A stretch of 64,000 bases of DNA. Source: an uncultured virus (IMG/VR IMGVR_UViG_3300036719_002413) (lineage: Duplodnaviria > Heunggongvirae > Uroviricota > Caudoviricetes). Both the position numbers and the translations under genes were made by a program. This document shows positions 8,501 to 18,800 of the stretch, piece by piece (within the stretch, counting starts at the first letter, position 1; each line of letters starts with the position of its first letter). Under the pieces are notes generated by a model, which saw only the letters and a list, made by a program, of their open reading frames with translations, ran no database searches and was not told where the DNA came from. The DNA lies in the IMG/VR virus record IMGVR_UViG_3300036719_002413; one strand, given 5' to 3'.

Positions 8501-10649
8501 CTTTGTTTATGGGCAAGATTGTGGTAATGCTTTAGATGGTAATAACATACCATGTGAAGATGTAGCTTGGATTATAAGTAAATACTACTCACATATAGAT
8601 ACAGCTAATTCTCCTTATTGTATTAAGGATAGTGCAGCTGATGGTCCTATATACCCAGTCCACGAATCATTTCTAGCAGGACATAGTTCAACATTTGGTG
8701 CTTATAACCCATCAACATTATTAGTTTATAATACTAATGCTAGAGTAGGTAATTTCTCACCAAGCAATAGTAATACAGGATTTGTAACAAGATATTCAAC
8801 AGGCTCTAATAGAGCTGCTATTATATTTGGTGGTAATAAACCTACTTCAGGTAACCTTAATGGCTCAGTTGATTTCTTAACAACAACATTCGGTGGTAGA
8901 GGATATGCTGACTTAGATAGTTGGACTTCTCAAGGTGGTAGTTCTTTATATAAATATATTGTAAACTACAATAGAACATTGAATGCTCAATACAATGGTA
9001 GTTCATATGCTCAGCGTAGTACTAACACATACATACCAGTATCTAACTACTTTAAAGTAACAGGCGTTAATATGCCTAACTTACTTATAGCTGGTGGTGA
9101 TACTTACACACAAGTCTACGATACTATCATGGATTTTCCAGATTGGAAACGTAGGGTTGGTGATAGTGCAATATCAGTTATGGACCCTAGTGGTGCTGGA
9201 GGTGGTGATAATAGTATATTGATTGGAGAAGCTGGTGGTATAACTTTATGTGTACCACTTGAAAGTACTATTAATACTGAACTACGTGGTAAAGATATTT
9301 TACCAGCAGCTATACCTAATTACTCTGATCCTTTTGGTCAAGGTAGTAGTGGTGCAGTTGATACTGTAGAATCATTTGAAGCAACAACCTGTGACTTGTT
9401 TAGTTGGAATCCCTACTATATGGTTCACGTTGCTAAACCATTAAACTATCAAAACATTAACGAGTATGATACACGGACCTATAAGTCGGAGACTAAAACT
9501 AACAGCGAAGATATTGATTCATGGACTACATTCTTACCTGAAGCTTACAAAGACGTGGATAGCAAGTATGGGCCTATTAACAATCTTATTGTATTTAAGG
9601 ATAAGTTATTCTATTTCCAAGATAGAGGATTTGGTTTATTCCAGGTTAATGCACAACAACTTATACAAGACGCTACCAGTACTTCTGAACTTGTTCTAGG
9701 AACTAGTGGTGTACTTGAAAGATATGATTATATATCAACTATTGTAGGCTCTAAGAATCAATCAGGGTTTGCTGTAAGTGATGATTCAATAGTATTCATT
9801 GATGTCTTGGGTAGGAAAATATTTAAGTTTAGTGCTCAGGGTACTGAACCATTAAGTGATATCAAAGGACTTAATGCTTTCTTATACAGGAAGCTAGATG
9901 GTTTAATACAATCAACTGATAACCCTATAACTGATAATGGTTTTGTTTGTACATACGATCACAGATATAATGAGTTCTTAATATCAATGCTTGATAAGAA
10001 TGAAGAGGTTGGTACAGGTGATTACTTTACTATAGCTTACAGTGCACTCACAGATGGCTTTACATCCTTCTATTCTTATTACCCAAGATTATACATTAAC
10101 GATAGATTAAATATCTTTACTGTCCCTGGTAATACTAATAGTGATGGTGGTTATATTTACTTACAAGACTATGGTCAATATGGTAAGTTCTATAACAAGC
10201 CAGTTGTAGATAGTAAGGTTAGCTTTATAGTTAATCAGGAATCAGATAAAGAAAAGATACTAACTAACTTTGAATTTGTTACTGAGTCTTATCAGGATAT
10301 AGGTATATATGATATATATAATCCTATGTCAGTACCAGTACCTTATGATTTCTTTAAATCAATTAGGGTTAGTAATACTTATCAGAATACAGACTACATA
10401 CTATGTTCTGAAACTGCTAAGCGTAGAAAAACATTATGGAATGTACTAGTACCTGGTAACAGGGTACTTTATAACAATAAGGATATTGTTGATATCTTTG
10501 ATACATCTAATATCTCTCAAACCAGGTTAGCTTTAACTCAACGTATGAAAGATCGTTGGTTCTTAGTTGATGCTGTATACGATAATAGTAATAACTATAG
10601 GTTTGTGGTTACTAACTCAAACTCTTTAGTTATGTTAAATACCAGATAA
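5583..10649 (+). CDS. tail stabilization/muzzle protein (crAss-like, P22 gp10-analogous)
   Basis: 1688-aa beta-rich protein with motifs IYWTD..NPPRYIN, G.YQYAYRL, GYQRDEMYRF..VF and DVDS.YGPIN; synteny agrees. Confidence 0.7.
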   Translation: MLIPLKNNLGGNMNQDISKALLKPDLVYNSENFRVVTTNGATTLSRTNIRGNKFDSVIPDINSVSKIEINTEYLSHLSLGSIYSIVVNIDGTNLPAYQFTYTSLADLLTGLTSHINSSFGTTVATSYTDSIHISSSAVTNVSITSFTFVSGGTGLVNYNQYLTLPRVAGANTLNSWVATDSGGAGIAYSNHPTFVNIGGLMQWVANTEISNGPASWHEVTQTIPKTLPTGNYTINLKYKTGAIQNTTAYISLDLGGVTPMSYALSGGQDYSGVAGASVRTITTPITPTNNDITIRLDFTPTSITPPPTTAAVVWIVGVDLYGPGMYSQIFNVTNNYISGVASAQIIGWVTLRDDIYLFTTSCTDPDPGGVDPISNGQIWKFTYDRTADPNVNINSTLTLIYNSELNFSTQHPILNLGRVEARYENENIQKIYWTDNFNPPRYINVADPNVASLAPSQLLLTPAIDFDVLNLTGIVKGGNLKSGMYQYAYRLKRNNGAETRFSMPSILVPLTVQDESTTNWIDYYAVDAGVTVDKSIQLEVSNIDTNFDRIEIAFIYYGTKNTAPEIKVISDNVITGSTMTFLHTGEEDSDYPISIDELTAFSTNIVRAKAMATKNNILFLSNVRTNTFDVDYDSRAYRFPLNSTTTTLYDAQGTPYTLTKSGNTWQITAINGSAVTPYDVPETFDAIQDYGNQSPLSTNNLLYKPGSVSASTLTNLGGQGPNVSYEFSSFPILADEKQIGNSFSPGSYNGAPYRNIITKTNTIISLGDRDHTNGNFYDCFVSPFYAPLMAGYQRDEMYRFAVVFFDDLGNPSFPKWIADIRVPHVYMPNGTAKHQRFLAYPLATYDSTNVKAYTNQMYLKFSLSNIPTEATGFQIVVVPRTDNDKHIVGQGVFNFAQKDYSSVISGTAFYLSHDSATGLGGSNYYPVNLRSDSLLWHNVGSIKSPDFDFRGFPGFQTGDSIDFVGILGTNQNSFVYGQDCGNALDGNNIPCEDVAWIISKYYSHIDTANSPYCIKDSAADGPIYPVHESFLAGHSSTFGAYNPSTLLVYNTNARVGNFSPSNSNTGFVTRYSTGSNRAAIIFGGNKPTSGNLNGSVDFLTTTFGGRGYADLDSWTSQGGSSLYKYIVNYNRTLNAQYNGSSYAQRSTNTYIPVSNYFKVTGVNMPNLLIAGGDTYTQVYDTIMDFPDWKRRVGDSAISVMDPSGAGGGDNSILIGEAGGITLCVPLESTINTELRGKDILPAAIPNYSDPFGQGSSGAVDTVESFEATTCDLFSWNPYYMVHVAKPLNYQNINEYDTRTYKSETKTNSEDIDSWTTFLPEAYKDVDSKYGPINNLIVFKDKLFYFQDRGFGLFQVNAQQLIQDATSTSELVLGTSGVLERYDYISTIVGSKNQSGFAVSDDSIVFIDVLGRKIFKFSAQGTEPLSDIKGLNAFLYRKLDGLIQSTDNPITDNGFVCTYDHRYNEFLISMLDKNEEVGTGDYFTIAYSALTDGFTSFYSYYPRLYINDRLNIFTVPGNTNSDGGYIYLQDYGQYGKFYNKPVVDSKVSFIVNQESDKEKILTNFEFVTESYQDIGIYDIYNPMSVPVPYDFFKSIRVSNTYQNTDYILCSETAKRRKTLWNVLVPGNRVLYNNKDIVDIFDTSNISQTRLALTQRMKDRWFLVDAVYDNSNNYRFVVTNSNSLVMLNTR

Positions 10650-10650
10650 T

Positions 10651-13113
10651 ATGCCAAGAACAAATAGAGCGCGTGTCAGTGGTGACACTTCAAAACCAGT
10701 AGAACCTATATATACTAGTGACCCTAATGATCCTAGACTTAAAGCTTATCAGGATAGTTTAAATGTGTATAACGATTTTGTAAAAATAAAAAATTTATTA
10801 GATAAAAAATATTCATCTAATGATTTTATTAAAAATAAAGAAGACTATCCTAGAAATCCTGATGGTAGTATTTGTTATGCTTGTATAAAAAAAGAAGCTG
10901 AAAGAAAAAAAGCTAAAGAACAATTTCGTACTGGGGATTTAAATCAACTTGTAGATCCTAATATAAACCCCAGCGGTTATATAAATTATTTAAAAGATAA
11001 TATAGTTTTTGATGAGAGTGTCGCTAAAATACAAGATTATTCCAATGCAAAACCAGTACAACCAGTAGTATACAGAAAACCTGAAACAGGTAATACTAAT
11101 ATAATGGGTGATGCTGTGTTAGGTAGTGGTAATGATTTTAGACATCAACCAGGTGGAGTATTTTACGATCCAGAACCATCTACACCTAAACACCCAACTA
11201 CACCAACTATGAAAAAAATGCCTATGCGTGGTATGCCTAATACTAATGTTAGTGCTGAACCTATTGGGACTACTCCTAAGAGTACTAAAGGTATGTTACT
11301 ACCATTATACTTAGATAGTCGTGGTGAATGGGTAGATGCTCCACAAACAGGTCAGAACTATAGCCCAGAACAATTACGTAAGATGGGTTATAGATTTAAT
11401 GATGGTGTAAAGAATAGGGCTACAATTAATAAGTATGGTGGTGGAGGAATTGTTAAAGAAAAAAGCATGCTTGCTAATCCTGTAGAAAGCATATATGATA
11501 AGAAAGGAAATCTTATAGGTATTCAAAATACTGAACAAGGCACATCTGATTATGGCACTATGGAAGATTTAGATGTTAATAATTTGGATAATATAAAAGC
11601 TAGATTACAAAAAGAAATATATGCACGTAGATCTTCTTATTTAAGAAATAGTGCAGGACCTACAAATTATCAGTTTATAGAAAATGAGGGATTAGATCGC
11701 CAGTTCTTGAATAGACTTAACACTCAGTCTATTTATCCTAAAAAATATGACTTTGGTGGTTTAGTTGACTACTCAACTACTAGAGATGCTAGAGCTAACT
11801 CTTTAGCTAGTATGGGTGCAAGAGCATCAAGAGAAAGAAATAGTTCAAAAAATTATAAAACAGGTTTTGGTAATTATTTAGCTGACACTGGTTTAGGTCT
11901 GGCAGATACTGCTTTAGCTGTGGTTGGTTTAGACAATGTAATAAATTCTGATACATACTCAACTAAACTTGGTGCTAATCAATTTAATAAGGCAGCACAA
12001 TTAAGTAGTAAAGTATCTGAGATAGTAGCCCCGCTAGTTCTTAGTGCTGTAGGTGGACCATTAGCTGGTGCTGCATATAGCGCTGGTAGATCTGCTCTTG
12101 AGGGAAATGTTAACCCAAACACATTTAAACATGGTGGACAAGCAATGAAAACACAAATTAATATAGAAGGTTCTAGGAAACAAATTGGAACCATACAAGA
12201 CATGAAGAAGGGAGAACTTAGAGTTGATCTCTTAGGTAATGTATTACAGAATTACGCACCATTTAATCCACACCCAACTAACGGTATGGACCCATCAAGT
12301 ACAGTTACTGTAAATGAAGGTGATGCTATTATACCTAAAAAGAAATCAGTTGATTTCAAAAACTCTAATAGGAGAGATCGTCAAATGATGATTATGTCTT
12401 TGATATCTAAGCAGAAAGCTAAGGAGAGAAAATCAGGTATACCTATGGCTGAAGATGGTTGGGCTAGTACCTCATTAAAAAATTGGACTAGTATATTATC
12501 ACCAGATCAAATGCAAGCTGATATGGCTAAGGGTACAGGTGGTGGTAATGGATTTAAGTGGAGTTCTTTAGCTTCTAAAGCTCCAGAGATCTTAGGGTTA
12601 CTTAGTCCTGCAGCTAAGGTTGGTAGAGGGTTGTTTGATAGGGTAGAGAATATAAATGCCTCTGACTATACTGTACCTACTAACTTAAAGCCTAGCTTAA
12701 TAGATGATAAGGCTAGTCAGATGATGATTAACGATGCTACTAATGCTGGGTTAGCTTCACTTCGTAGAATCAACTCTTCACCAGCTTCGATGGTTAACAT
12801 GACAGTTAACTCAATGAAACAGAAGTGGGGAGCTAGACAAGAAACAGATAGAGCTAATGCTACATCTATAATGAACACAGATCAGTTTAATCAACAGTCT
12901 AGAATATTTAATTCTCAAACAGGATTAAAGATTAGAGATATGAATGATATGAATAAGTCTGCTAAACGTAACATGCTTATGGAAGGTATTAATGACTTTA
13001 GTAAGTATGGTAATCAAAAGAGATATGATAATGCTTTCTTTGAAGCCTTACCAATGATGGGTGATAACCCACAGTTTCAGGCATGGTTGAAGAAGAATGG
13101 TTATTCAAAATAA
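10651..13113 (+). CDS. virion cargo/ejection protein with modular N-terminus
   Basis: Follows the muzzle gene. Has a Gly/Ala-rich hydrophobic segment (VAPLVLSAVGGPLAGAAY), repeated [F/Y]xxGG-type motifs and a Q/N/M-rich helical C-terminus. Confidence 0.55.
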   Translation: MPRTNRARVSGDTSKPVEPIYTSDPNDPRLKAYQDSLNVYNDFVKIKNLLDKKYSSNDFIKNKEDYPRNPDGSICYACIKKEAERKKAKEQFRTGDLNQLVDPNINPSGYINYLKDNIVFDESVAKIQDYSNAKPVQPVVYRKPETGNTNIMGDAVLGSGNDFRHQPGGVFYDPEPSTPKHPTTPTMKKMPMRGMPNTNVSAEPIGTTPKSTKGMLLPLYLDSRGEWVDAPQTGQNYSPEQLRKMGYRFNDGVKNRATINKYGGGGIVKEKSMLANPVESIYDKKGNLIGIQNTEQGTSDYGTMEDLDVNNLDNIKARLQKEIYARRSSYLRNSAGPTNYQFIENEGLDRQFLNRLNTQSIYPKKYDFGGLVDYSTTRDARANSLASMGARASRERNSSKNYKTGFGNYLADTGLGLADTALAVVGLDNVINSDTYSTKLGANQFNKAAQLSSKVSEIVAPLVLSAVGGPLAGAAYSAGRSALEGNVNPNTFKHGGQAMKTQINIEGSRKQIGTIQDMKKGELRVDLLGNVLQNYAPFNPHPTNGMDPSSTVTVNEGDAIIPKKKSVDFKNSNRRDRQMMIMSLISKQKAKERKSGIPMAEDGWASTSLKNWTSILSPDQMQADMAKGTGGGNGFKWSSLASKAPEILGLLSPAAKVGRGLFDRVENINASDYTVPTNLKPSLIDDKASQMMINDATNAGLASLRRINSSPASMVNMTVNSMKQKWGARQETDRANATSIMNTDQFNQQSRIFNSQTGLKIRDMNDMNKSAKRNMLMEGINDFSKYGNQKRYDNAFFEALPMMGDNPQFQAWLKKNGYSK

Positions 13114-13122
13114 GAAGAAGAT

Positions 13123-15411
13123 ATGGGAATAAATAGATACGATAAAGCACCAGAATGGAACCCAGGTGTATTACCATATGAGCTGATATTAAAAGCAGCT
13201 GATATGACACAACAACGTTGGGATAAAGCTAGGGCAGAATCAGATCAGGAAGTATCTGACATATTTAAGAATGTTAGAACTGTACCTCAAAGTCAAGATG
13301 AGTTAGGTAATTTACCAGCTATTAGATCTAAGTATAAGGAGTTACAGAATCAGTTAATTACTGATCCTGATATGAATCCTACTAAATACTCTATGGCTAT
13401 AAATAACTTTGTATCAGAGAGTAAACCTCTGTTAGATCGTATGACTAGCTTAGCTGATTTATACAAAGCTAACAATACAGCTTTAGCATCTAAGATGATG
13501 GACCCTGACTTCAGGGCTGATAATAAGTTGTTACCTTGGTTACAATTTAATCCACAAGATGTAGACTCACGTAGTCAAGATCCTTGGGAAGCTAATATGA
13601 ATTATAAGTTTACTCAAAACTGGGGTACACATATAGAAGGTAAGTTATTAAACAAATGGGTTGGTAGCGCTATTAATCCACAAGCTATGATAGACCCAAC
13701 AACTGGAGCATTCACTACAGAGTTCGGTAAGACTATAGCTGACTTAGAAGAGAAAGCTAATACTGGTGCTGTAAACTATATGCAGTCTGAAAACTTTAAT
13801 GATTTTATCAGTGGTGATAGGGAACTATTAGGTACTGTACCTGATGATGTACTATCGCAATTAGGTGGTAAGACTTACTTTGATGGTAAAGCTATGTATG
13901 AGTTAACTCCCTACGAACAAGCTAAAGCTATGATTATGCTTACAGGTGCTGAGCAAATAAATAGTAAGGTTAACATAGCTAAAGGATTAGCTAGTTCTAG
14001 TGATGGTAAAACTGATAAACCACAAATGCAAGCTCCTGTTAATGCTTATGTTGCTTCTGACCAAGTTACTCCTAAAGACTTTGCTGCATTCAATGGGTTA
14101 CAATTACAAGCTAATGGTACAGTAATTGTTGATGCTACAGATCAAGGTATAACACAATTTGGTAATAGGGGATTAACTAATGAGCAAGAAGTTAAAGAAG
14201 CTAATTACAATACTGTACAAGAAGAGAATATGGCTAAGCTTGGTTTAAGTGCCCCTATAAAAACTATGTATACTTTAAGTGAGAAACTTAAACAAGCTAG
14301 AATACAAAATAGAGCATTCCACTTATTCGATGATAATAACTATAGTGTAGAGAAGCGTAACTTCTTTAGTTCTATATTAGACTTACCTTCTGGTATGACT
14401 GATAAAAACTTTACAGAATTCTATGTAAACATGACTAAGGAATATAAAGCTGCTACAGATGAGTTAGCTGCTAGTGTAGCTAATCTTGATACATCATCGC
14501 CTGAATGGTTAGCTATACAAAATGCTGCATTAGAGATGGGTGAAGTTATTACTAAGCCTAGTGATGTTGTAGCTTTAAATAATAAGTTATTAAAAGCTCA
14601 ATTAGATAAATCTGCTAAGATGACTGAAGAAGAAATGATTCAGGAAGTTAGAAGCAAGATGGGTTATAAGATAATGAATTCTGGTGAAGCTCCATTTAGA
14701 GTAGCTACAGGAGAAAAGAATGTAGTTAGTGTAGATGATAAGAGATTCATTAAGGGTTATATTACATTCGGACCAACAGTTACAGATGATGGTAAAGAAG
14801 TATTATCTGCAGAAGAAAACTTTGTAAACTACATGGAAAGAGTAGCTCCAGATATGTTTGATATGTCACCATTAGATAGTGGTACTTACGGTTCCTTTGG
14901 AGAATTCTGGGAAGATATAGGTAGTAAGATAATGAAAGTTAATCCTGGAACTAGGGGTGGTAGTTCATTTAGTTTACAATACTATTTACCTGAACAGATT
15001 AATACTCCTATAAAAGCTCAAAGCTTTAATAGGCAAGCTGCTGGTGTTGGTTCTACATATGATGCTAATCAGGATGCTTGGAATAGTCAATACCCAGAAG
15101 TACTTATGCAGTTAAATGAGACTAGGGTAGCTGACAACATAGCTAAAACTAAAGGTGCTGCTACAGCAATTAGTTTAACTATGCAGAATGTATTGAATAA
15201 CAAGCGTACTCCTAAAGCAGTATCTAATGTATTGTTACCTTTGTTAAAGCAATACAAAGAGTCTAATGATTACAAAGGACTTGCTAGATTGAATATATTA
15301 ATACGTGAGGGTATAGCCTCTGGATGGCCTGCAGAAATTGTAGATGGTATATCTGGAAACCCCACTCAACCTCAGGGACAGCAGGGCAATCCACTGGGGG
15401 GAATACGATAA
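13123..15411 (+). CDS. virion cargo/ejection protein (possibly extended by a -1 frameshift)
   Basis: 762-aa helical protein between the first cargo gene and the RNAP polyprotein; ends CTG GGG GGA ATA CGA TAA. Confidence 0.6.
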   Translation: MGINRYDKAPEWNPGVLPYELILKAADMTQQRWDKARAESDQEVSDIFKNVRTVPQSQDELGNLPAIRSKYKELQNQLITDPDMNPTKYSMAINNFVSESKPLLDRMTSLADLYKANNTALASKMMDPDFRADNKLLPWLQFNPQDVDSRSQDPWEANMNYKFTQNWGTHIEGKLLNKWVGSAINPQAMIDPTTGAFTTEFGKTIADLEEKANTGAVNYMQSENFNDFISGDRELLGTVPDDVLSQLGGKTYFDGKAMYELTPYEQAKAMIMLTGAEQINSKVNIAKGLASSSDGKTDKPQMQAPVNAYVASDQVTPKDFAAFNGLQLQANGTVIVDATDQGITQFGNRGLTNEQEVKEANYNTVQEENMAKLGLSAPIKTMYTLSEKLKQARIQNRAFHLFDDNNYSVEKRNFFSSILDLPSGMTDKNFTEFYVNMTKEYKAATDELAASVANLDTSSPEWLAIQNAALEMGEVITKPSDVVALNNKLLKAQLDKSAKMTEEEMIQEVRSKMGYKIMNSGEAPFRVATGEKNVVSVDDKRFIKGYITFGPTVTDDGKEVLSAEENFVNYMERVAPDMFDMSPLDSGTYGSFGEFWEDIGSKIMKVNPGTRGGSSFSLQYYLPEQINTPIKAQSFNRQAAGVGSTYDANQDAWNSQYPEVLMQLNETRVADNIAKTKGAATAISLTMQNVLNNKRTPKAVSNVLLPLLKQYKESNDYKGLARLNILIREGIASGWPAEIVDGISGNPTQPQGQQGNPLGGIR

Positions 15412-15896
15412 GAGATAAGTTCAAGTCTGCCCTAACAGTTCCAGAAGGAACTAATAATAACTATGCTGCAGTTAATCCTAACAGTAGTGCTCGTGGAAAA
15501 TACCAAGTATTATGGAAAGCGCATTCTGATGCTATAGCTAAAATAACTGGTGTAAAGAAGGAGGAAGATTATTTGAAAAATAATGTAGCTCAGGAACAAT
15601 ATATGGATTACTTATTCGATTCATATAGTAAGAATGTACCAACATTAAAATCTAAGTTTCCTGGAGCTAGTGATGAAGTCTATATGGCTATGGAACACTT
15701 CTTAGGATTACCTGATACTAACTTATACCTACAAGCTTATCAAAGCGCTAAGCGTAATAACTTAGGAGACATTGAAGCACATAGTACAGCACAACAAGCT
15801 TTAAATCAAGCTTATTTAAAACGGTATGGTAAAGTTTATAAGAACTCTACTGTATTAGATTACCTAACACAATTCGCAAACACATTCAATAAATGA
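15324..15896 (+). CDS. lysozyme/transglycosylase-like domain, probably expressed by frameshift from 13123..15411
   Basis: PEGTNNNYAAVNPNSSARGKYQ resembles the SLT-like E-S..NY.A.N..S.A.G.YQ motif. It lies in the -1 frame relative to the upstream ORF, and the annotated N-terminus (MACRNCRWYIW) looks like off-frame sequence. Confidence 0.6.
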   Translation: MACRNCRWYIWKPHSTSGTAGQSTGGNTIRDKFKSALTVPEGTNNNYAAVNPNSSARGKYQVLWKAHSDAIAKITGVKKEEDYLKNNVAQEQYMDYLFDSYSKNVPTLKSKFPGASDEVYMAMEHFLGLPDTNLYLQAYQSAKRNNLGDIEAHSTAQQALNQAYLKRYGKVYKNSTVLDYLTQFANTFNK

Positions 15897-18800
15897 GACC
15901 AGAAGTATTAAAATACTTATTAACAGGACAAACGCAGACAGGTGTAAATAATACACTTGATGCAATGCAAGCAACTAACAATGTACCGTATTATTCAGGA
16001 CCTTCACCTGAAGGATTTACTACAGACCCAGGTTTAATTCAAGATAGCTGGTCACAGGATAATACTCTCAATACATTCTTAAATGCTATGGCTAGTATAA
16101 ATACTGGATCATCAAAAACTCAACTGCGTAATCTTAACTACAACAAGATGAAGCAGATGGAGGAGATTTATGATTTACAGGATCGTATGCAGAAGGCTTC
16201 TGAGAATAATGATTTAGTAACAGCTGCTTCATTACAAGATGAGTTAAGTAGAGCTAAACAAAAAGCTCAAGAGTTTGACCAGGAAACTGCTACGAAAACT
16301 ATGGAGCTAGAAGAGGATATTAAATACGGTTCTGGTTTAACTGGTTTAATTGCTGGGGGTGAAGAAGATATAGCTCGTAGAAATAAGGATATAGATTTAG
16401 AGTTTAAATTACTCTCTGATATGTTCCAGCGTGATGCTAACACTTCAGCATTCAATGCTTTTAAGTATGAGTTTGGTAAAGACTTTGGTAGCTCCTTTGG
16501 TACTTTAGGTGCTACAGTTGCTGCTGCATTTACTCCTAAACTTATTAAGGCTGCTATAGCTAGATTAGTTACAGCTGAAGCTGCTGGTTCTATGGCTCCT
16601 GGTATAGGTAATGCTGTAGCTGCTGGTGCTACGTTAGCTGTGTTAGCTGGTGATCTGGCTGTACAATGGAAAGCTCGTGTACAAGAGACTGAGGCTGAAG
16701 AGAATGATGCATACGAGGAAGCTGTTTCTTTACTTACCCAAGATTACATGCTCAAGAATAATATCCAGGATATGGCTGAGCTTGAAGATCCTAAACACCA
16801 AAGAGAGTTAAATAAACTTTCAATGAAAGCCCATGAAGAATTAGAAGGTTTGCGAACTAAGAACATGGGATTAATGTTTGGTGATGTATTACAATCTATA
16901 CTTGCTGTTACACCTTTTACTAAGGTAGGTAACATAGCTTTGGGTACTAATCGTTGGATGCGTACTGGATTAAAGATTGGTGCCTTGACCTTGAATACCA
17001 ATATGGAAATGAACGAGGAGGGTAGTCAATGGTTATTCACTAGACAATATTTAGATAAGGTATTAGGTAAGGACACAACAGGATTAAAGGATACTACTAA
17101 CTATAAAGATGATAGCTTCTTAGGTTTACTTAGTCAAGCTTCCCAGTTAGCAAGTGATAGATTTGAAGTAGAGAAGGCTATCTTTGGTAATGGTAACTCT
17201 TCATTGTATACTAACAGCGAGTTTATATCAGCTGTAAATGCTGGTGCTCTTGCTGCTGGTCCTATGATGACTTTACCACAAGCTGCTAGTATTATTAGCG
17301 ATCACTATGGATATGCTAAAGCTAAATCGTATTTAGGTAGAGCTGCTAAAGAGCAAGCTAATGGTGAGTACTTAAGATTTAAGTATGACACTTATGCTAA
17401 GTATATTGATAATGATAAAGAGGATTACTTCATAGATTCTATTAGATCATTATCTAAAATCGAAGGTAGTAATATTACCCCAGCAGATGCTGAGAAAGAA
17501 GTATTAAGATTTAAGAAAGCTAAGGCAGAGTTTAATAAGATAGATGATACACAATATATTTTCAATCTTATTGAGAAGTATGACTTTAGAGGTATTAGTA
17601 AAGATGATCGTAAGAGAGCTATTAAGAATAGCTTAATGATTGGTGAGTATACTGAGCAGATAGCTGATTTATTCTCACTTAAGAATGATGAGATTAATCC
17701 TTACAGAGCTATCATAGATGAGCCTACTGATAATGAGGCTAGAACTAAATTACTAAGTAAAAGAAAAAAGTTATTTGATTCATTATTAGATCCTGAAAAG
17801 GCTAAGAATTTAAATCTTAATGAGATCTATGATGATCTTGATATTCCAATTATACTTAAAGAGAGAGCTATAGCTAGACTCTTAAAAGAGAATGAGCGTA
17901 TAGCTTCAGGAGAATTCAGTAAAGAAACTAGAGAGAATAATAAGCTAGCTAGATTAGGTACTGAAGCTCAGAAGTCTGGTTTGTCTTATAAGTATGGAGA
18001 CCAATATGTTAAGAATTCTAACATGGTTGGTATGGATAATAGTGTTAAAGGTGAGAAGGAATATATCGAGTTCTTAGAAGATCTCGAAGAAACCTCATTG
18101 CTTAGAGACACTGATAAAAGAAGTAACGTACAACGTATGTTAGATCTTGAGGTACTACCTCAGGAGATATTAGCATATGCTGAACAAGTTAAAGCTCCTA
18201 TAACTAAAGAGCAGAATGATGAGATAGTAAAACGTATAGGATTAAAAGCTTCAGAAGTATTTAATAAAGCTTCAGAGGTTGAAGATTCTCTTGGGGATAA
18301 GAATAAGATAACTACCATTGATGAGTTAAACGATTTAATGGATAGTGCTTATATTGAAGATCCTGATTACTATCAGAAGCTTAAAGCTTTACGTGAAGAG
18401 TATACTGATGCGTTAAAGCTACAAGATAGGTTACAAGAAGCTAATTTAATTAGAGAACCTAAAGGTATATCCACTTCAAAGGTAGATAAAGAAATCACAT
18501 TCGTATGGGATCGTTTCTTAAAAGAAATGGTTGGTGAAGTTGATAAAGCTAATACTGATAGTGATTACTTAGATGATTCTGTAATAGCTGCTTTAGAAAA
18601 GAAACTTAAATGGCTTAAGGAAGTATTAATAGAAGAGAAACAATTATATACTAATCCTGATAAAAAGATATCAGTGGAGTTAAAGAATGCTATTGAGCAA
18701 CTTGAACAAGACTTAGCTAACGCTAGAAAAGCTATTAGAGCTAGACTTGCTGATAAGGAATTAGCTCAAGAAGAATCTTATACCATAGCTACTACGAATA

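Noticed and set aside
9466..9699. 77-aa alternative-frame ORF inside the muzzle gene
   Set aside because: Fully nested, with no recognisable features.
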